Counted from the first letter of the whole stretch, positions 12,222 through 23,872 are shown. The stretch is DNA of 63,858 nt, filler included, from Octopus bimaculoides (GCF_001194135.2; 5 parts of 5 records of this genome joined end to end with filler, not necessarily neighbours in it); one strand, 5' to 3'. Notes: generated from the sequence alone by a model not told the origin. Translations and numbers: made by a program.

Positions 12222-13611
12222 TCTAGTTTTATAAGATATACGAGAGATTCTGTCTGTTTGTCCAGCAAAATGAAAGTAAATGGTTCAGAGGAAGCTATTA
12301 TGCTATTGCCTAATTTGTCTCAACAAAAATTATGCAATGGTACAACACTAATTGTGCACAAACTTATGAGGATCTGCATTGAGGCAAATATTCTCACTGG
12401 TTGTGGTAAAGGTGACACCGTCTTCATTCCTCGCATGCCAGTTACACCATCTAATGTCCCATTCCAATTTAAGTGGTTACAGTTTCCTATACCACTTTCT
12501 TTTGCCATGAGCATTAATAAAACTCAGGGTCAAACACAAAGTTCCTGGGCTGCAACTTAAAGAACCATGCTCTTCCCATGGCCAATGTTATGTAGGAGCA
12601 AAAGCAAATCTTTTTGATCGTTTGATGTTTGATCGTTTGATGTAGGAGCAAAAGCAAATCACATTGATCGTTTTCCTACTTCAATTGCTACATGTTTTCT
12701 CTTATAAAATACACACATACAGGAGGAGTAAATCTAAATCTGTAGGGGTAGTCTTGCTGTGGCTCAGATTCAAAACTGAATCTTTCAACTCTCCTCGGCC
12801 ATATGGCCTATTCAAATGTCAAAAGAAACTGTGACAAATAGGCATTCTACTTGACCTGTGGCCTTTTCAGTGCAATCGCACAGCCACCTGCATTCTGTAA
12901 GGCTATTCTATATGATATAACTATTATTCTACCTTCATTCACGTTGAAACTAAATCTTTCAATTCTCCTTCTTCAATTATTACATGTTTTTAAGAACCAT
13001 ACTTTTCACATGGCCAGCTTTATAGGAGCATCATGTATGGGAGCAAAAACAAATCTTTTTGCTTATGCACCCCGAATAAAACATTATTTATAAAGAAATA
13101 TTCACTCTTAATGCAACATGAATACTTCAATAACTTGATTTGCCTTTACTATATTGATAAATAAAATAACACATACAACTCATCTATTATTGTTATATAA
13201 TAAACAAACAGAAGTTTGTGTATGAAATCCATCATTTTTCTACTTCAATTATTACATGTTTTTCTCTTATAAAATACACAGATACAAGAGGAGTAAATCT
13301 AAATCTGTAGTGGCAGTCTCACTCTAGTTCAGATTCGAAACTTTATGTAGGAGCCTCATGTGTGAGAGTGAAAGCAAATCTTTTTCCTTATGCACATTGT
13401 TTATAAAGAAATATTCACTCTTAATGCAACATGAATACTTCAATAACTTAATTTGCCATTACTATCATTACATTCAAGAATGAAATCAATCTTTTATTTA
13501 CTTCAATTATTACATGCAGGAGGTTCATGTATGAAATTGGGTTTTTTTTTTCTACTTCAATTATTACATATTTTTCTCTTATAAAAATAGAGTTCTGTAC
13601 CAGGTTAGTAG
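12222..13611 (+). mobile_element. Old Helitron with internally reiterated 3' portion
   Basis: Putative A|TC start followed by tctgtctgtttgtcc, a helicase remnant, and repeated modules. The 3' CTAG is not clearly preserved, so the end coordinate is approximate. Confidence 0.6.
12280..12600 (+). pseudogene. Helitron PIF1-type helicase remnant
   Basis: AIMLLPNLSQQKLCNGTTLIVHKL...ILTGCGKGDTVFIPRMPVTPSNVPFQFKWLQFPIPLSFAMSINKTQGQT, then a frameshift into KVPGLQLKEPCSSHGQCYVG. Confidence 0.9.
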
Positions 13612-13989
13612 TATCGCAATGCCTATATATTTGAAGAGGAATACATTAGGGAATAAATAAGAACCGTAATATCATGAGAGAATGTTCTTACTACAAAAGA
13701 CATTGATTACTATATGGTGAGGGGTGGTGGTGGAATACAGTTAGTGGGAAAATGAGATTCACTGTCTTCTATCTTATAGTTTATCATCATCATCTACTTG
13801 AGGGCAGAGGAACTTATTCAAAGTTATTTGATGCTTATGGCTACACAGTTCAGTGTAAGAATTCAAATCAGAGTAAACTCATCTTGTAATTTTAAGGTTA
13901 TATTTGTGATTAAGATTGTTATCAACAGAAACTTGCAGACCATTCTCTATAAATGTCAGGCCGTCAGCAATATTCTTCGCAGTAAACTT

Positions 13990-14250
13990 AGGTGTAGTTG
14001 ATGAAATTTCTGTATTCTCTCAGCTTTACTTTTGATTTAACAGCTTGTGTAGAACAAACTTTCTCCATGGGACACTAGTAACTTAACTAGATCGTCTTCT
14101 GTGACTACTTCAAAATGCACATCATTTTGCAAGTGTCACAATATTTGAATGTTATGTGGAAAACTTGGTAAAGTCAAAGATACAGTATGCCTATGTATTT
14201 TCCCAAGTACCACTTCATCCTTTGCACCCAACTGAAGCCATATAAGCTAC
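13990..14250 (-). pseudogene. Possible decayed pogo/Tigger transposase C-terminal fragment
   Basis: A single frame with scattered stops includes FEVVTEDDLVKLLVSHGESL, resembling the (D/E)EDDxxxLLxSHGEEL segment of Tigger transposases. Recalled similarity only. Confidence 0.35.
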
Positions 14251-15844
14251 CATACTGAAACTATTATTTTTGCAAAAAGTTGGTTAGTCAAAAGTTGATG
14301 GATAGTTGGTAAATTGGCAGTGGTGATGGTGTATTAGCTTTCATAGAAGTGATGGTAAAGGGTGGAGGGATATTATTGGTGGTAGAGTGATCATATTCTT
14401 GTTAATTGTATTGTTGTTGCTGTTTAGTATGTCAGTGCTCACTGACCTAAAATTGAAGATACATCATTCAACTTTTAAAATATACTAGGGTTACAGCATT
14501 AACCTAGGTCATTGATTTATAAGGTTACTTATCTTGTTCATAGTATTGTTTCTGTTGTTGACAGTCATTAACACATTAATTGTCACATGTACCACCTGTG
14601 GTTAATTGCCAAACTTCACACAACAGCCAGTAACAGACCATAGCAGTTAACATGTTAAGGAGGAGTTGTACAGGCTGTGTTAAAGGTTGTATTGGTTTTG
14701 GTGATGATTTATAAATGACAGAAATAGATACTCTTTATAACCTAAGAAAACAAACACAAGCACAAATATTCACAGTGAAAAATTCCACCCCACATACCAT
14801 AAATGTTTATAGTACAGCACACACACTTGCATTCATATACATACACACATGTATTGTGATTGTAGTTTTTCAAATTCTTGACTCTCCTTTGAGCTTAGCT
14901 AAAACAGAGAGAAGCAGCTATTTGGCTAAGGTGTAGTGTATTTTTAAAAAGGTTAAAATTTACGAGTTCTTGACTGTATCCTGAAATCAATGGTCAACTT
15001 AACAATTTCCATTAGTATGTAATTCCAAAAATAAAAACTATGCCAAAGCAAACAGTGAAGCCTGGTGCAGTCTTCTACTCGGTCAGCTCTTGTCAAACCG
15101 TCCAACCTATGGCAGCATGGAAAACACATGTTAAATGATTATGATGATTATGATGATAATATATATNNNNNNNNNNNNNNNNNNNNNNNNNNNNNNNNNN
15201 NNNNNNNNNNNNNNNNNNNNNNNNNNNNNNNNNNNNNNNNNNNNNNNNNNNNNNNNNNNNNNNNNNNNNNNNNNNNNNNNNNNNNNNNNNNNNNNNNNNN
15301 NNNNNNNNNNNNNNNNNNNNNNNNNNNNNNNNNNNNNNNNNNNNNNNNNNNNNNNNNNNNNNNNNNNNNNNNNNNNNNNNNNNNNNNNNNNNNNNNNNNN
15401 NNNNNNNNNNNNNNNNNNNNNNNNNNNNNNNNNNNNNNNNNNNNNNNNNNNNNNNNNNNNNNNNNNNNNNNNNNNNNNNNNNNNNNNNNNNNNNNNNNNN
15501 NNNNNNNNNNNNNNNNNNNNNNNNNNNNNNNNNNNNNNNNNNNNNNNNNNNNNNNNNNNNNNNNNNNNNNNNNNNNNNNNNNNNNNNNNNNNNNNNNNNN
15601 NNNNNNNNNNNNNNNNNNNNNNNNNNNNNNNNNNNNNNNNNNNNNNNNNNNNNNNNNNNNNNNNNNNNNNNNNNNNNNNNNNNNNNNNNNNNNNNNNNNN
15701 NNNNNNNNNNNNNNNNNNNNNNNNNNNNNNNNNNNNNNNNNNNNNNNNNNNNNNNNNNNNNNNNNNNNNNNNNNNNNNNNNNNNNNNNNNNNNNNNNNNN
15801 NNNNNNNNNNNNNNNNNNNNNNNNNNNNNNNNNNNNNNCCTAAG

Positions 15845-15890
15845 CCTAACCCTAACCCTAGGGTTAGGGTTAGGGTTAGGGTTAGGGTTA
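15845..15890. repeat. Inverted telomeric-type repeat (CCCTAA)n-(TTAGGG)n
   Basis: cctaaccctaaccct|agggttagggttagggttagggttagggtta, centred on CCCTAGGG at 15856-15863 and abutting an N gap. Confidence 0.9.
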
Positions 15891-16065
15891 ATTGTTTCAG
15901 AATCGTTTGTTTATGTAGTCGGCACTTAATGTATATCGGCTGAATGGACGTCAGTGATTGGTTGAAATTACAGAAATATGACAACTTTAACATGGAATAA
16001 TTTATGGATTTCTTTTTTTTTTAAGAAGACTAAGAGAAAAAGATGTTTTATATGACACATTCTAC

Positions 16066-16250
16066 CAGTGTTCCAAGTTTCAAAGTGTTTCGTTAATGAA
16101 AAATGTGGCCCCCGTTTTAAAAAAGATCCAATGGTATTTATACACACACACATCACTTGCGCACATTGTATAGCCAAATGGTCAAGATCACCTTTGCAAT
16201 CACAAGTCTTAGGTGTCAACCCCAGTGTGGGAAAGTAACATTTTCTACAG
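16066..16250 (-). CDS. Candidate exon of the unidentified gene
   Basis: Open frame ...LTPKTCDCKGDLDHLAIQCAQVMCVCINTIGSFLKRGPHFSLTKHFETWNT ending at donor G|GTAGAA. The acceptor is unclear and a plus-strand frame is also open. Confidence 0.22.
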
Positions 16251-16592
16251 TCTTGAGGTTAACCTCTATCCTGTGAGTTGACCTGGGCAGACAGACACAA
16301 CAGAAGCTGATCAGATCGGTTATATTTGTAATTCAGCTGTACAACTGTGTCACACACAGTCATGCTAATTTTGTCTGAGAATTTTATGTTAAAAATAGGC
16401 ATATCTATGGAATGCATAAATATTTACATGTTAACCATGCTAATTCAATGAGTACATTATTCTTTTGATGATATGACTGCATTTTCAATGTCGAAACAGA
16501 CACATCCACCCAAGTTATACACATGGATCATAAAAGTACATATATATACAAGCACATAAATATACATATATGCATACATATAAGCACATATA

Positions 16593-16634
<42 letters not shown>

Positions 16635-16806
16635 CACTTGTACATATACACATACATATACACATATAATACACACACATATACATACATACATACCTAT
16701 ATACACACATATTATTGTTTGTTTTTATGTTCAGTTATAACAGAAACAATTTTACATTAGTCTGATGGATTAATCTATACTTCTGTAGAATACAAATTAT
16801 TCTTAC

Positions 16807-17025
16807 ATAAGAATGTTGTTGACAATGACTTCAAAGTCTCAGACAGCTGCACACACACATCCAAACACATGGCACCAGCACTAGTGAGGTCACCAAGACC
16901 TCTCATACAAATATCCAACCCTATCATGTGTGGTACCAATTACAAGGAACTGATATCATTAAATACACTATGCTACTACAACCAGCTACCAAACTGGCAC
17001 CAACATCCTGTCTGAACATGTGAAC
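16807..17025 (-). CDS. Candidate exon(s) with strong splice sites but a broken frame
   Basis: Strong acceptor tgttttctttatttttag|G at 17025 and donor T|GTAAGA at 16806. The first part reads VHMFRQDVGASLVAGCSSIVYL and the last part, in another frame, reads GLDICMRGLGDLTSAGAMCLDVCVQLSETLKSLSTTFL. Confidence 0.25.
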
Positions 17026-17527
17026 CTAAAAATAAAGAAAACAGCTGATATCACTTTGAAGGCCTTAATACCACATGACCAGGCTTTAATACCACATGAC
17101 TGAATACAGGCCAAACACATACAAGTTATTTTGAATTTCTTGCAAAAATTCTTATTGTGCTCCATGTGTCTAACGAGATGGATATGTCCCACATGCTCAC
17201 AAAACTAAGTTATGTGGAGCTGAGTCAAACTGTTTTTAAATATATATATATATTATATATACACACCCACCTACACATGTGCGCATGCGTGCAGAATTCA
17301 TACAAACAAAGAATAAAAAAAAGGACAAGTGGGGGAATAGGTATGTGCAGGAAGTGGGATGAAGGCAAAAGTGGTGTTTTGGCAGAAGATAAGAGAAGAC
17401 AACAAGACACAAAGTTCAACCACTGTTTGAAAAATACATAAAGTGAAAGGGAAGGAGGAAGTGTTGATAAGAGAGAGAGAGAGGAGTAACAGGAGTATTG
17501 TCAGGAAGAAGAAAAAGATAAGCATAC

Positions 17528-17562
17528 ATTGTTTGAATCTGAACTTATTGGGATGGTTCCAA
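17528..17562 (-). CDS. Candidate 35-nt micro-exon
   Basis: tactttcag| ... |gtatgc encoding xGTIPISSDSNN. Phase-compatible with 20176-20251 upstream and the 17025 acceptor downstream. Confidence 0.2.
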
Positions 17563-17931
17563 CTGAAAGTACTTGACAGATTTAACATAGCTTTAACCGT
17601 TTGATCCACACATCCACGAGTTAAAGACATAGCCTCTACATGGTTTCAAATAACAAAATCTGTCTAAAATTTCATCCACTGTTGTCTTATGAGGAGACAA
17701 TGGATAATGTAGTCCTGGATAGTATTGGCTTAAGGCATGAGCACACTGAGCAGTTTTTCCAGAGCCCCCCTCCTGAATCTAGAGGCCTAACGCTAATCTA
17801 TGTATGAGGTGCTTATGTATTAAGGGCCCCCAGTAAAATGCATTGCCTGGAAATCTATAACACTGTTAAGTCAGCCCTGATCCCAGTTAAGAAAATATCC
17901 AAAACGGGGGAAAAAAAAAGTCTTTCATTGT

Positions 17932-17971
<40 letters not shown>

Positions 17972-18772
17972 TGTCACCACCAACTGGTGAAGAAATATTT
18001 ATTGTAACATCAGCCTCTGGCAAGGGACAGCGATAGTCAACAATGTATAGAGTTTTCTGCAGAGTCAAAATACATTGATGACTATTCCAATCCCATGGAA
18101 CATATTTGTGTATTATAACAGTGGTTCTGCTTAGAGCAACTGAGCTCTACCAAATAAAATACCAAGGCAATCTATTTGTTAAATTTGCTAATAGAAACAA
18201 GCCTGGGATATTAAAAAAGAAAAAAAAGTTTCTGTGCCTAAATTGGAGATATTTAATACAGGTACTTCATCTGTTTGTTATTGTTTTTCACTCTGGAAAA
18301 CTCAAATGAAGCCAAGAACAAGCCACTTTCATATTGCACAAAGAGACCATTTCTACACTCGAATCTCTCTCACCCACTCCAACATTGGATACAATAAGAG
18401 CACTGTGCACACATCACTTGTAATTGGGTTGGTATACCCATCCAATCAAAATGTTAGTTCACTATAAATTATTCATGACTATTGTAAGAACAGTAAGCTC
18501 ATTGGGTTTGGGTTACCACTGAGAACTGTCATATCAACATCAGCTTTCTTAGCTAATCCAGCAGTTCTCAAATTGACAAATGTCAGTCACCCACTAAATA
18601 TATCATATCTATCTACACACACACACACACAAGTGCAGGCGTGGTTCTGTGGTTAAGACAGTTACTTCCCAATCATGTAGTCTTTGGTTCAGTCTTCTGT
18701 AACTCCATGCTGACCAAGGTTTTGTGAGTGGAGAAACTGGAAGAAGCATGTTGTGCATGCATGTGTATGTCT

Positions 18773-18822
<50 letters not shown>

Positions 18823-18883
18823 NNNNNNNNNNNNNNNNNNNNNNNNNNNNNNNNNNNNNNNNNNNNNNNNNNNNNNNNNNNNN

Positions 18884-18925
<42 letters not shown>

Positions 18926-19524
18926 CCACACACACACATAATGTGTTTGTGTGTACCCTTGTCTACACAGCATGCAAGGCTGATTATTTCAAATCTTTCA
19001 TGAAAAACATGTCTAGGTTAGGGGAAATATTACCTTGCTTGGAAACAAGTGACAGTTGGCTACAGAAAGGGCATTTGGCCATTGAAAATCTGCTTCCATC
19101 CAAACATGGAAAAGTGGATTTTAAATAATGAGGATATATATGACACATCATCATCATTGTATATTGTATGCATTTTGTAGTGCATTGATGATGCTACAAT
19201 ACAAGTCTTACTGATTAAACACAAGTTCTTCCATCAGATGAAGCTATAGCGTTACTTCAAACTTTTTCATAGTGTTTTCTTGGAAGAAATATTGGGGTGG
19301 TTTGCCATTGATTTCCCTAACTTAATGGCCGTTGGCCTACAAGGAGCTCATCTATCCTTCAACAGGTCTTGTTTTTAGTCTGCTGGGTGTCCAGACACTC
19401 CCTGCCCTCGCAAGAGAAGCAAGCTACTCATGTGGCTGAGCCAGTTTAGTTGCTGACCATTTGGCCATGGAACAAGTATTGGTTTACGTGGTACCAGTTG
19501 CAGGCTGCATCTGTCTGTGATGAC

Positions 19525-19563
<39 letters not shown>

Positions 19564-20175
19564 CTTTTACAGGTTTCAGTCAGACTGGCTGTGTTGGGGC
19601 ACCGCCTTGAATTTTTAGTCAAATGAATTGACCCCAGTTCATATTTTTTAAACCTGGTACTTTATTAGTCTCTTTTGCCGAACTGCTAAGTTATGGGGAT
19701 GTAAACACACCAACACCAGTTGTCAAGTGGTGTTAGGCATGGGGATAAACACAGACATACAGATATATATACATATATATATATACGATGGGCTTAAGAC
19801 ACTTGCCCAATGTGCCATGCAGTGGGACTGACCCGGAATCAGTTATGGTTGTGTTCAGTGTTTATGGTCGGAGGTGAAAGGAGTGGTGGTCATGGTTGGA
19901 AAACTGTGGTTGTCTTTCATATTCTTTGTGTATGCATACTACTTATATTTTTTTGTGCAAACCAAAATGAACCGGACTGTTTTTCTTTTCTTTGTTATAA
20001 AAATTGAAAATCCAAGTTATCGTTAACTCTTCAGTTTCTTGTACACTGAGGAAAGATATCTCTATTCCGGACTATTGATTATGACCTAGAAATCTGAAGT
20101 ATAGTCTTTGTTGTTTATTGCTGAGCTGATAAACGATTACTATCGGTTTTCTTTTTGTTCTTTTTCCAGTCATAC

Positions 20176-20251
20176 ATAAGCTGACGTGTCCTTTCCTTAA
20201 TGGAGATAGTGGATATGCTTTAACGGGGGTTCGCTCAAATGGACACTTCAT
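20176..20251 (-). CDS. Candidate first coding exon
   Basis: Acceptor cttccag| at 20274, ATG at 20251, MKCPFERTPVKAYPLSPLRKGHVSL, donor |gtatga at 20175. It lies just downstream of the CpG-rich block. Confidence 0.28.
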
Positions 20252-20299
20252 AGTAAAGACAGAAATGGTTCCACCTGGAAGTAAACACGCCTCGACAGG

Positions 20300-20990
20300 A
20301 ACTGTCTTTACTCGCAATCCATAGCAAGAACAACGCAAATATCAACAAAAGGAAAGAGGAGGGGGAGGAGGTAATCTTTCGTTTTATGATCGTAAAATGA
20401 AAGTAGGAAATTTATCGTAAGCCATTAAGTATAAACAAGTGAAATTTTGAGCAAAAAAAATATATTTCCCAGACTAGTAATTTGTGTATTTTAAATGCGG
20501 CGTTATTTAAAAAGAAAAGAAAAAAGCTAAAAAGAACAAATTGGCGTGGGAGAAATAAATATTTAAAACTACGATCCCCTCCCCGCTCTCAAAATCCTAA
20601 GTTGCTGCTTTTGAAAACTTCCGCTGGACAACGCCAAATAGTGTCAATATTTCCCACTTGTATTTTCTGGATTATAAAACGAATATAAATAATATATCGA
20701 CACACACACACACAAAACAATGTGTGTATGTGGATATGACTGCGCGCGTGCACGGACACACGCACACCACGGACGTAGACAGCGAAAAACGATTTCATTG
20801 CTGGGAAACTGATTGTTGCACGACGAAGAATCCATACACGTTTAAAAACCAGTTGCCGCGCAAAACGAGAAGCGAGTGATCAACCAATGTAAATGAGACT
20901 CGTGGATGTACGATTAATTTTCAAAGTGGAAGAAAATGCTAATACTAATAATAACGAAAATAAAGCAGCAGCTATGTTTATCTGCAGTAG
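20300..20990 (-). promoter_or_regulatory. CpG-rich promoter/5'UTR-like region
   Basis: Abrupt rise of CpG in largely non-repeat DNA. ETS-like ACTTCCG (20617-20623), GC-rich tgcgcgcgtgca (20741-20752) and CCAAT near 20884. It borders the CpG-depleted domain. Confidence 0.5.
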
Positions 20991-22125
20991 TCGCTCATGT
21001 GGTTGCTGCTATTAACTCCGGAAACATTGATTGACTGACGAAAAACGTGTGTGTGTAAGTGTGTGTGTATATATATATACAAACACACACACACACACAT
21101 GGTGTCCCAAAAGTCATTAATGTGCTTTAAATTTTAATAACTTCCTTTACTTTACAAATAAATGCATGAAATTTTGACACAATATAAAGGACATAATGGA
21201 AATAATATGCACAAGTTAAATTTCGCAGCACCACTNNNNNNNNNNNNNNNNNNNNNNNNNNNNNNNNNNNNNNNNNNNNNNNNNNNNNNNNNNNNNNNNN
21301 NNNNNNNNNNNNNNNNNNNNNNNNNNNNNNNNNNNNNNNNNNNNNNNNNNNNNNNNNNNNNNNNNNNNNNNNNNNNNNNNNNNNNNNNNNNNNNNNNNNN
21401 NNNNNNNNNNNNNNNNNNNNNNNNNNNNNNNNNNNNNNNNNNNNNNNNNNNNNNNNNNNNNNNNNNNNNNNNNNNNNNNNNNNNNNNNNNNNNNNNNNNN
21501 NNNNNNNNNNNNNNNNNNNNNNNNNNNNNNNNNNNNNNNNNNNNNNNNNNNNNNNNNNNNNNNNNNNNNNNNNNNNNNNNNNNNNNNNNNNNNNNNNNNN
21601 NNNNNNNNNNNNNNNNNNNNNNNNNNNNNNNNNNNNNNNNNNNNNNNNNNNNNNNNNNNNNNNNNNNNNNNNNNNNNNNNNNNNNNNNNNNNNNNNNNNN
21701 NNNNNNNNNNNNNNNNNNNNNNNNNNNNNNNNNNNNNNNNNNNNNNNNNNNNNNNNNNNNNNNNNNNNNNNNNNNNNNNNNNNNNNNNNNNNNNNNNNNN
21801 NNNNNNNNNNNNNNNNNNNNNNNNNNNNNNNNNNNNNNNNNNNNNNNNNNNNNNNNNNNNNNNNNNNNTAACAGGATTGGCGAAAAATGTACCAAAATAA
21901 GTAATGGGATCAATTCATTCGACTGAAAAGTCTTCAAGGCGGTACCCCAGCATGGCCGCAGTCTAATGGCTGAAATAAATACACACACACGCTAGTCAGA
22001 AAGCTTTTAGCATGTAATAGTAACAGCACACCCTTTTTTTTTTCATAAACACTTTAGATGGTGGTTGTATCAGGATTGTGGAGTCAACCTTCAGAGGACT
22101 CCTTCAGAAAGCTGTAATATCATTT

Positions 22126-22345
22126 GATGTAAGAAATCAGAACCAAGAATAGGATAGGGCAGGTCCGCAATGACGAAAATCCACTTGAAATCCCTACGGA
22201 GTGATAAATCCAGGGTAAGAGAGATTTGTCCGTAGGTTTTGATGGCGGAGTGATTCACCGAGTAGAGAGAGATGTCGGAAAGACCAGGATTGGTGGAAGT
22301 AAACCTTCGGGGCCAAATGCTTACGCTGGCACCCGTGTCCACCAT
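22126..22345 (-). pseudogene. Retroviral-type aspartic protease
   Basis: MVDTGASVSIWP...IKTYGQISLTLDLSLRRDFKWIFVIADLPYPILGSDFLH contains the catalytic DTG and the ILGxDFL motif. Confidence 0.9.
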
Positions 22346-22439
22346 AAAGGATTTTGAAGAAATAGCATCTCGGATAAAAAATGCACGTTAAGGTGAATCG
22401 ATGGGGGAGAGAACTAACGTGCCCAACATCTCCCTGTCT

Positions 22440-22700
22440 AGTTTCCCTGAAAAGAGTAAGAGCAGGGCTGCGCACACTTTTTGGCCTGGTTCTTGAATTT
22501 CCTGTGGTACCAGCAAATTGAAGCAAGAAGCGTGCGTCCGCGCGAGAAAGAATGACGTCCGGTTCTCCCTTCAGAATGATTCCGTGAAAACGAACAGTCC
22601 ATGCACAAGCGTGCAACTTGACGGATCAGTTCTCCAATGGCCCGCAAGATTTCGGAGGATTGCGTGTCGTCCAGAGCAGAAGAAGTACCAGCTCGAGAGA
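22440..22700 (-). pseudogene. Gypsy gag C-terminal remnant
   Basis: SEILRAIGELIRQVARL...ICWYHRKFKNQAKKCAQPCSY, the CWYH..F...A.KC..PC motif typical of this gag class. Confidence 0.8.
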
Positions 22701-23306
22701 AAGACGAAGAAGCGCACTGAGGCAAAGGAAAAGGACTCATCTTGGACGATAATAGGAAACGCCACAAAGAACAAGCTGATTGAAAGAAACGCTGTTAGAA
22801 ATAGCAGTCAAAACACCCTAGTTAAAAGAAAATACGACGAGCATCGAACTAGGATTTTTTTTTCAGTAACAGAGGATGAAATAGAAGTCCTTGCCAACGG
22901 ATGAAGAACAAAACAATGGCCAACACGTGGATAATCCGGGTAGGGTTGAGAGAGAGAAACTCATACCAGGCATGTAGAAAAAAACTGTTGTCCATGTGAA
23001 TTTTGAATAATATTCCGGATAAAATTTTCTTTTTTTTCTTTTTACATGCAAGTAGAAAATTCTCCTGGGACGCTGTGTGTTCGAAGGACCAAGTTGTAAT
23101 TTCAGTTACAACACAAGGAAAAAATGGTGTGCAGTTTCCCGTTTGAAAATGGCGCCAAAAATTTCTGGTGAGGAAGACAATATGGCGATGAGAGATCAGT
23201 GGTATTTTCCTATACGATGAATGGCGGCCTGGTCGCGTAGAAAAAGTCGAGAAGGAGAAAAAGGAATACGTAGCCACTGGTCAGAAATTCGTTCGGGGTT
23301 CACCAT

Positions 23307-23678
23307 TTTAGATAGTGGTTGTATCAGGGTTATGGAGTCATCCAGAAGGCTGTAATATCATTCGATACGAACACAGTACAAAGAAATACATAGAACAAGG
23401 CTGTAACTTTAAATACCTTTAATGTCGGCCTCACACACATATAAGTTGAATGATAAATGAAAAGAGTTTGATGCGTGGAGGCCATAATCTTCTTCTGTGC
23501 GTTACCTCATGCCAGCTAGTCGCCACGTCATGAGAGAGCCAACTAGATCATGCCCTTGCTCTACGACGTCCAGATGCCAAAAGAGAAAGAGGTGAGTGTC
23601 TGAACCTTAATGTTGAGTGTACTTTCTATTGGCCAGCTAATTAGGCAGCCACCATCAGGGGAGGTAACTGCACCTACA
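23307..23678 (-). repeat. 5' LTR (372 bp)
   Basis: Starts TGTAG, has an ATTAAA polyA-like signal, and its terminal ~60 bp are repeated at 22053-22122. Confidence 0.8.
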
Positions 23679-23831
23679 ACACCAAACCTTTTCATTTCTT
23701 TTAATAATTATTTACTATTTTTGAAAAATAACGTTGTTTTATTATAAAGTTATACATGACTAGATTTTAAAACATTTATGAACGCTGATAGAATTAATAT
23801 TGCTGGATAACTTAGTCTGTAACAAAAATAC

Positions 23832-23862
<31 letters not shown>

Positions 23863-23872
23863 NNNNNNNNNN

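Larger units (their letters stand above)
22053..23678 (-). mobile_element. Internally deleted Ty3/Gypsy LTR retrotransposon (LTR-gag-PR, partial 3' LTR)
   Basis: 4-bp TSD ACAC (22049-22052 and 23679-23682). 5' LTR TGTAG...CTAAA, PBS TGGTGAACCCCG (23305-23294), gag and protease motifs, and only the last ~70 bp of the 3' LTR. Confidence 0.9.

Noticed and set aside
15845-15890. Ancestral chromosome fusion site
   Set aside because: The polarity is (CCCTAA)n-(TTAGGG)n, opposite to an end-to-end fusion, and the array is very short.
17298-17630. 110-aa ORF MSLTRGCVDQTVKAML... as an exon
   Set aside because: Its 5' part overlaps a dispersed repeat (ctctacatgg... also at ~7236 and ~7462) and its 3' part is purine/pyrimidine low complexity. 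Only the 35-nt micro-exon was retained, tentatively.
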